Notes under the pieces: generated by a model
The model's database searches: none
The model's input: the letters and a program-made list of their open reading frames with translations, nothing else
What the model was told of the DNA's origin: nothing
Translations under genes and position numbers: made by a program
IMG/VR virus record: IMGVR_UViG_3300025287_000001
Strand: one strand, 5' to 3'
From: an uncultured virus (IMG/VR IMGVR_UViG_3300025287_000001)
Taxonomy: Duplodnaviria; Heunggongvirae; Uroviricota; Caudoviricetes
Length of the DNA stretch: 64,000 nt
Shown: positions 63,835 through 64,000 of the stretch, piece after piece
Position numbering within the stretch: the stretch's first letter is position 1
How the letters are laid out: each line of letters begins with the position of its first letter

Positions 63835-64000
63835 ACATGTACGCAAAGAAAGTGGCAGATATCATCGCCGCGATCGAAGAGATCCAGGCAAGTGGCAACC
63901 CTATGACCAGAGAAGAAATCTTCTCTCATCTTCGGCTGCATTACAGGGCACTTATAACGCCAATCCAGGCAACCAACATCGCTCAACAGTACGGCAAATG
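63831..64000 (+). CDS. Hypothetical protein (partial)
   Basis: ATGA-coupled start; MNMYAKKVADIIAAIEEI open to window end. Confidence 0.55.
   Translation, partial: MNMYAKKVADIIAAIEEIQASGNPMTREEIFSHLRLHYRALITPIQATNIAQQYGK

Overview
Segment of a large (jumbo-like) tailed dsDNA phage genome, standard genetic code. 1-41.6 kb is an AT-rich, minus-strand block: contractile-tail baseplate genes (gp6-like wedge, gp25-like, gp5-like hub with an M15 peptidase, spike), LamG-domain proteins, a sigma-like factor, a Cas4/RecB-type nuclease, PIN-PhoH and probable head proteins. A 44-bp repeat/G-quadruplex locus at ~34.5-34.8 kb may be an origin. 43.9-52.9 kb is a plus-strand tandem array of ~36 paralogous, highly diverged, tightly coupled genes, mostly 60-85 aa. 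53.2-64 kb is GC-richer and built from ~20 stereotyped expression cassettes (promoter with 15-16 bp spacer, 5' hairpin, SD, short ORF or RNA, GC boundary hairpin); one is inverted. This part also holds tRNA-Leu(UAA), tRNA-Ile(UAU), tRNA(CAU), a tRNA-Arg(UCU) split by an HNH-encoding group I intron, a tRNA-like RNA with a ~70-nt D-loop, and several unexplained structured RNAs. All calls come from reading the sequence; no searches were run.
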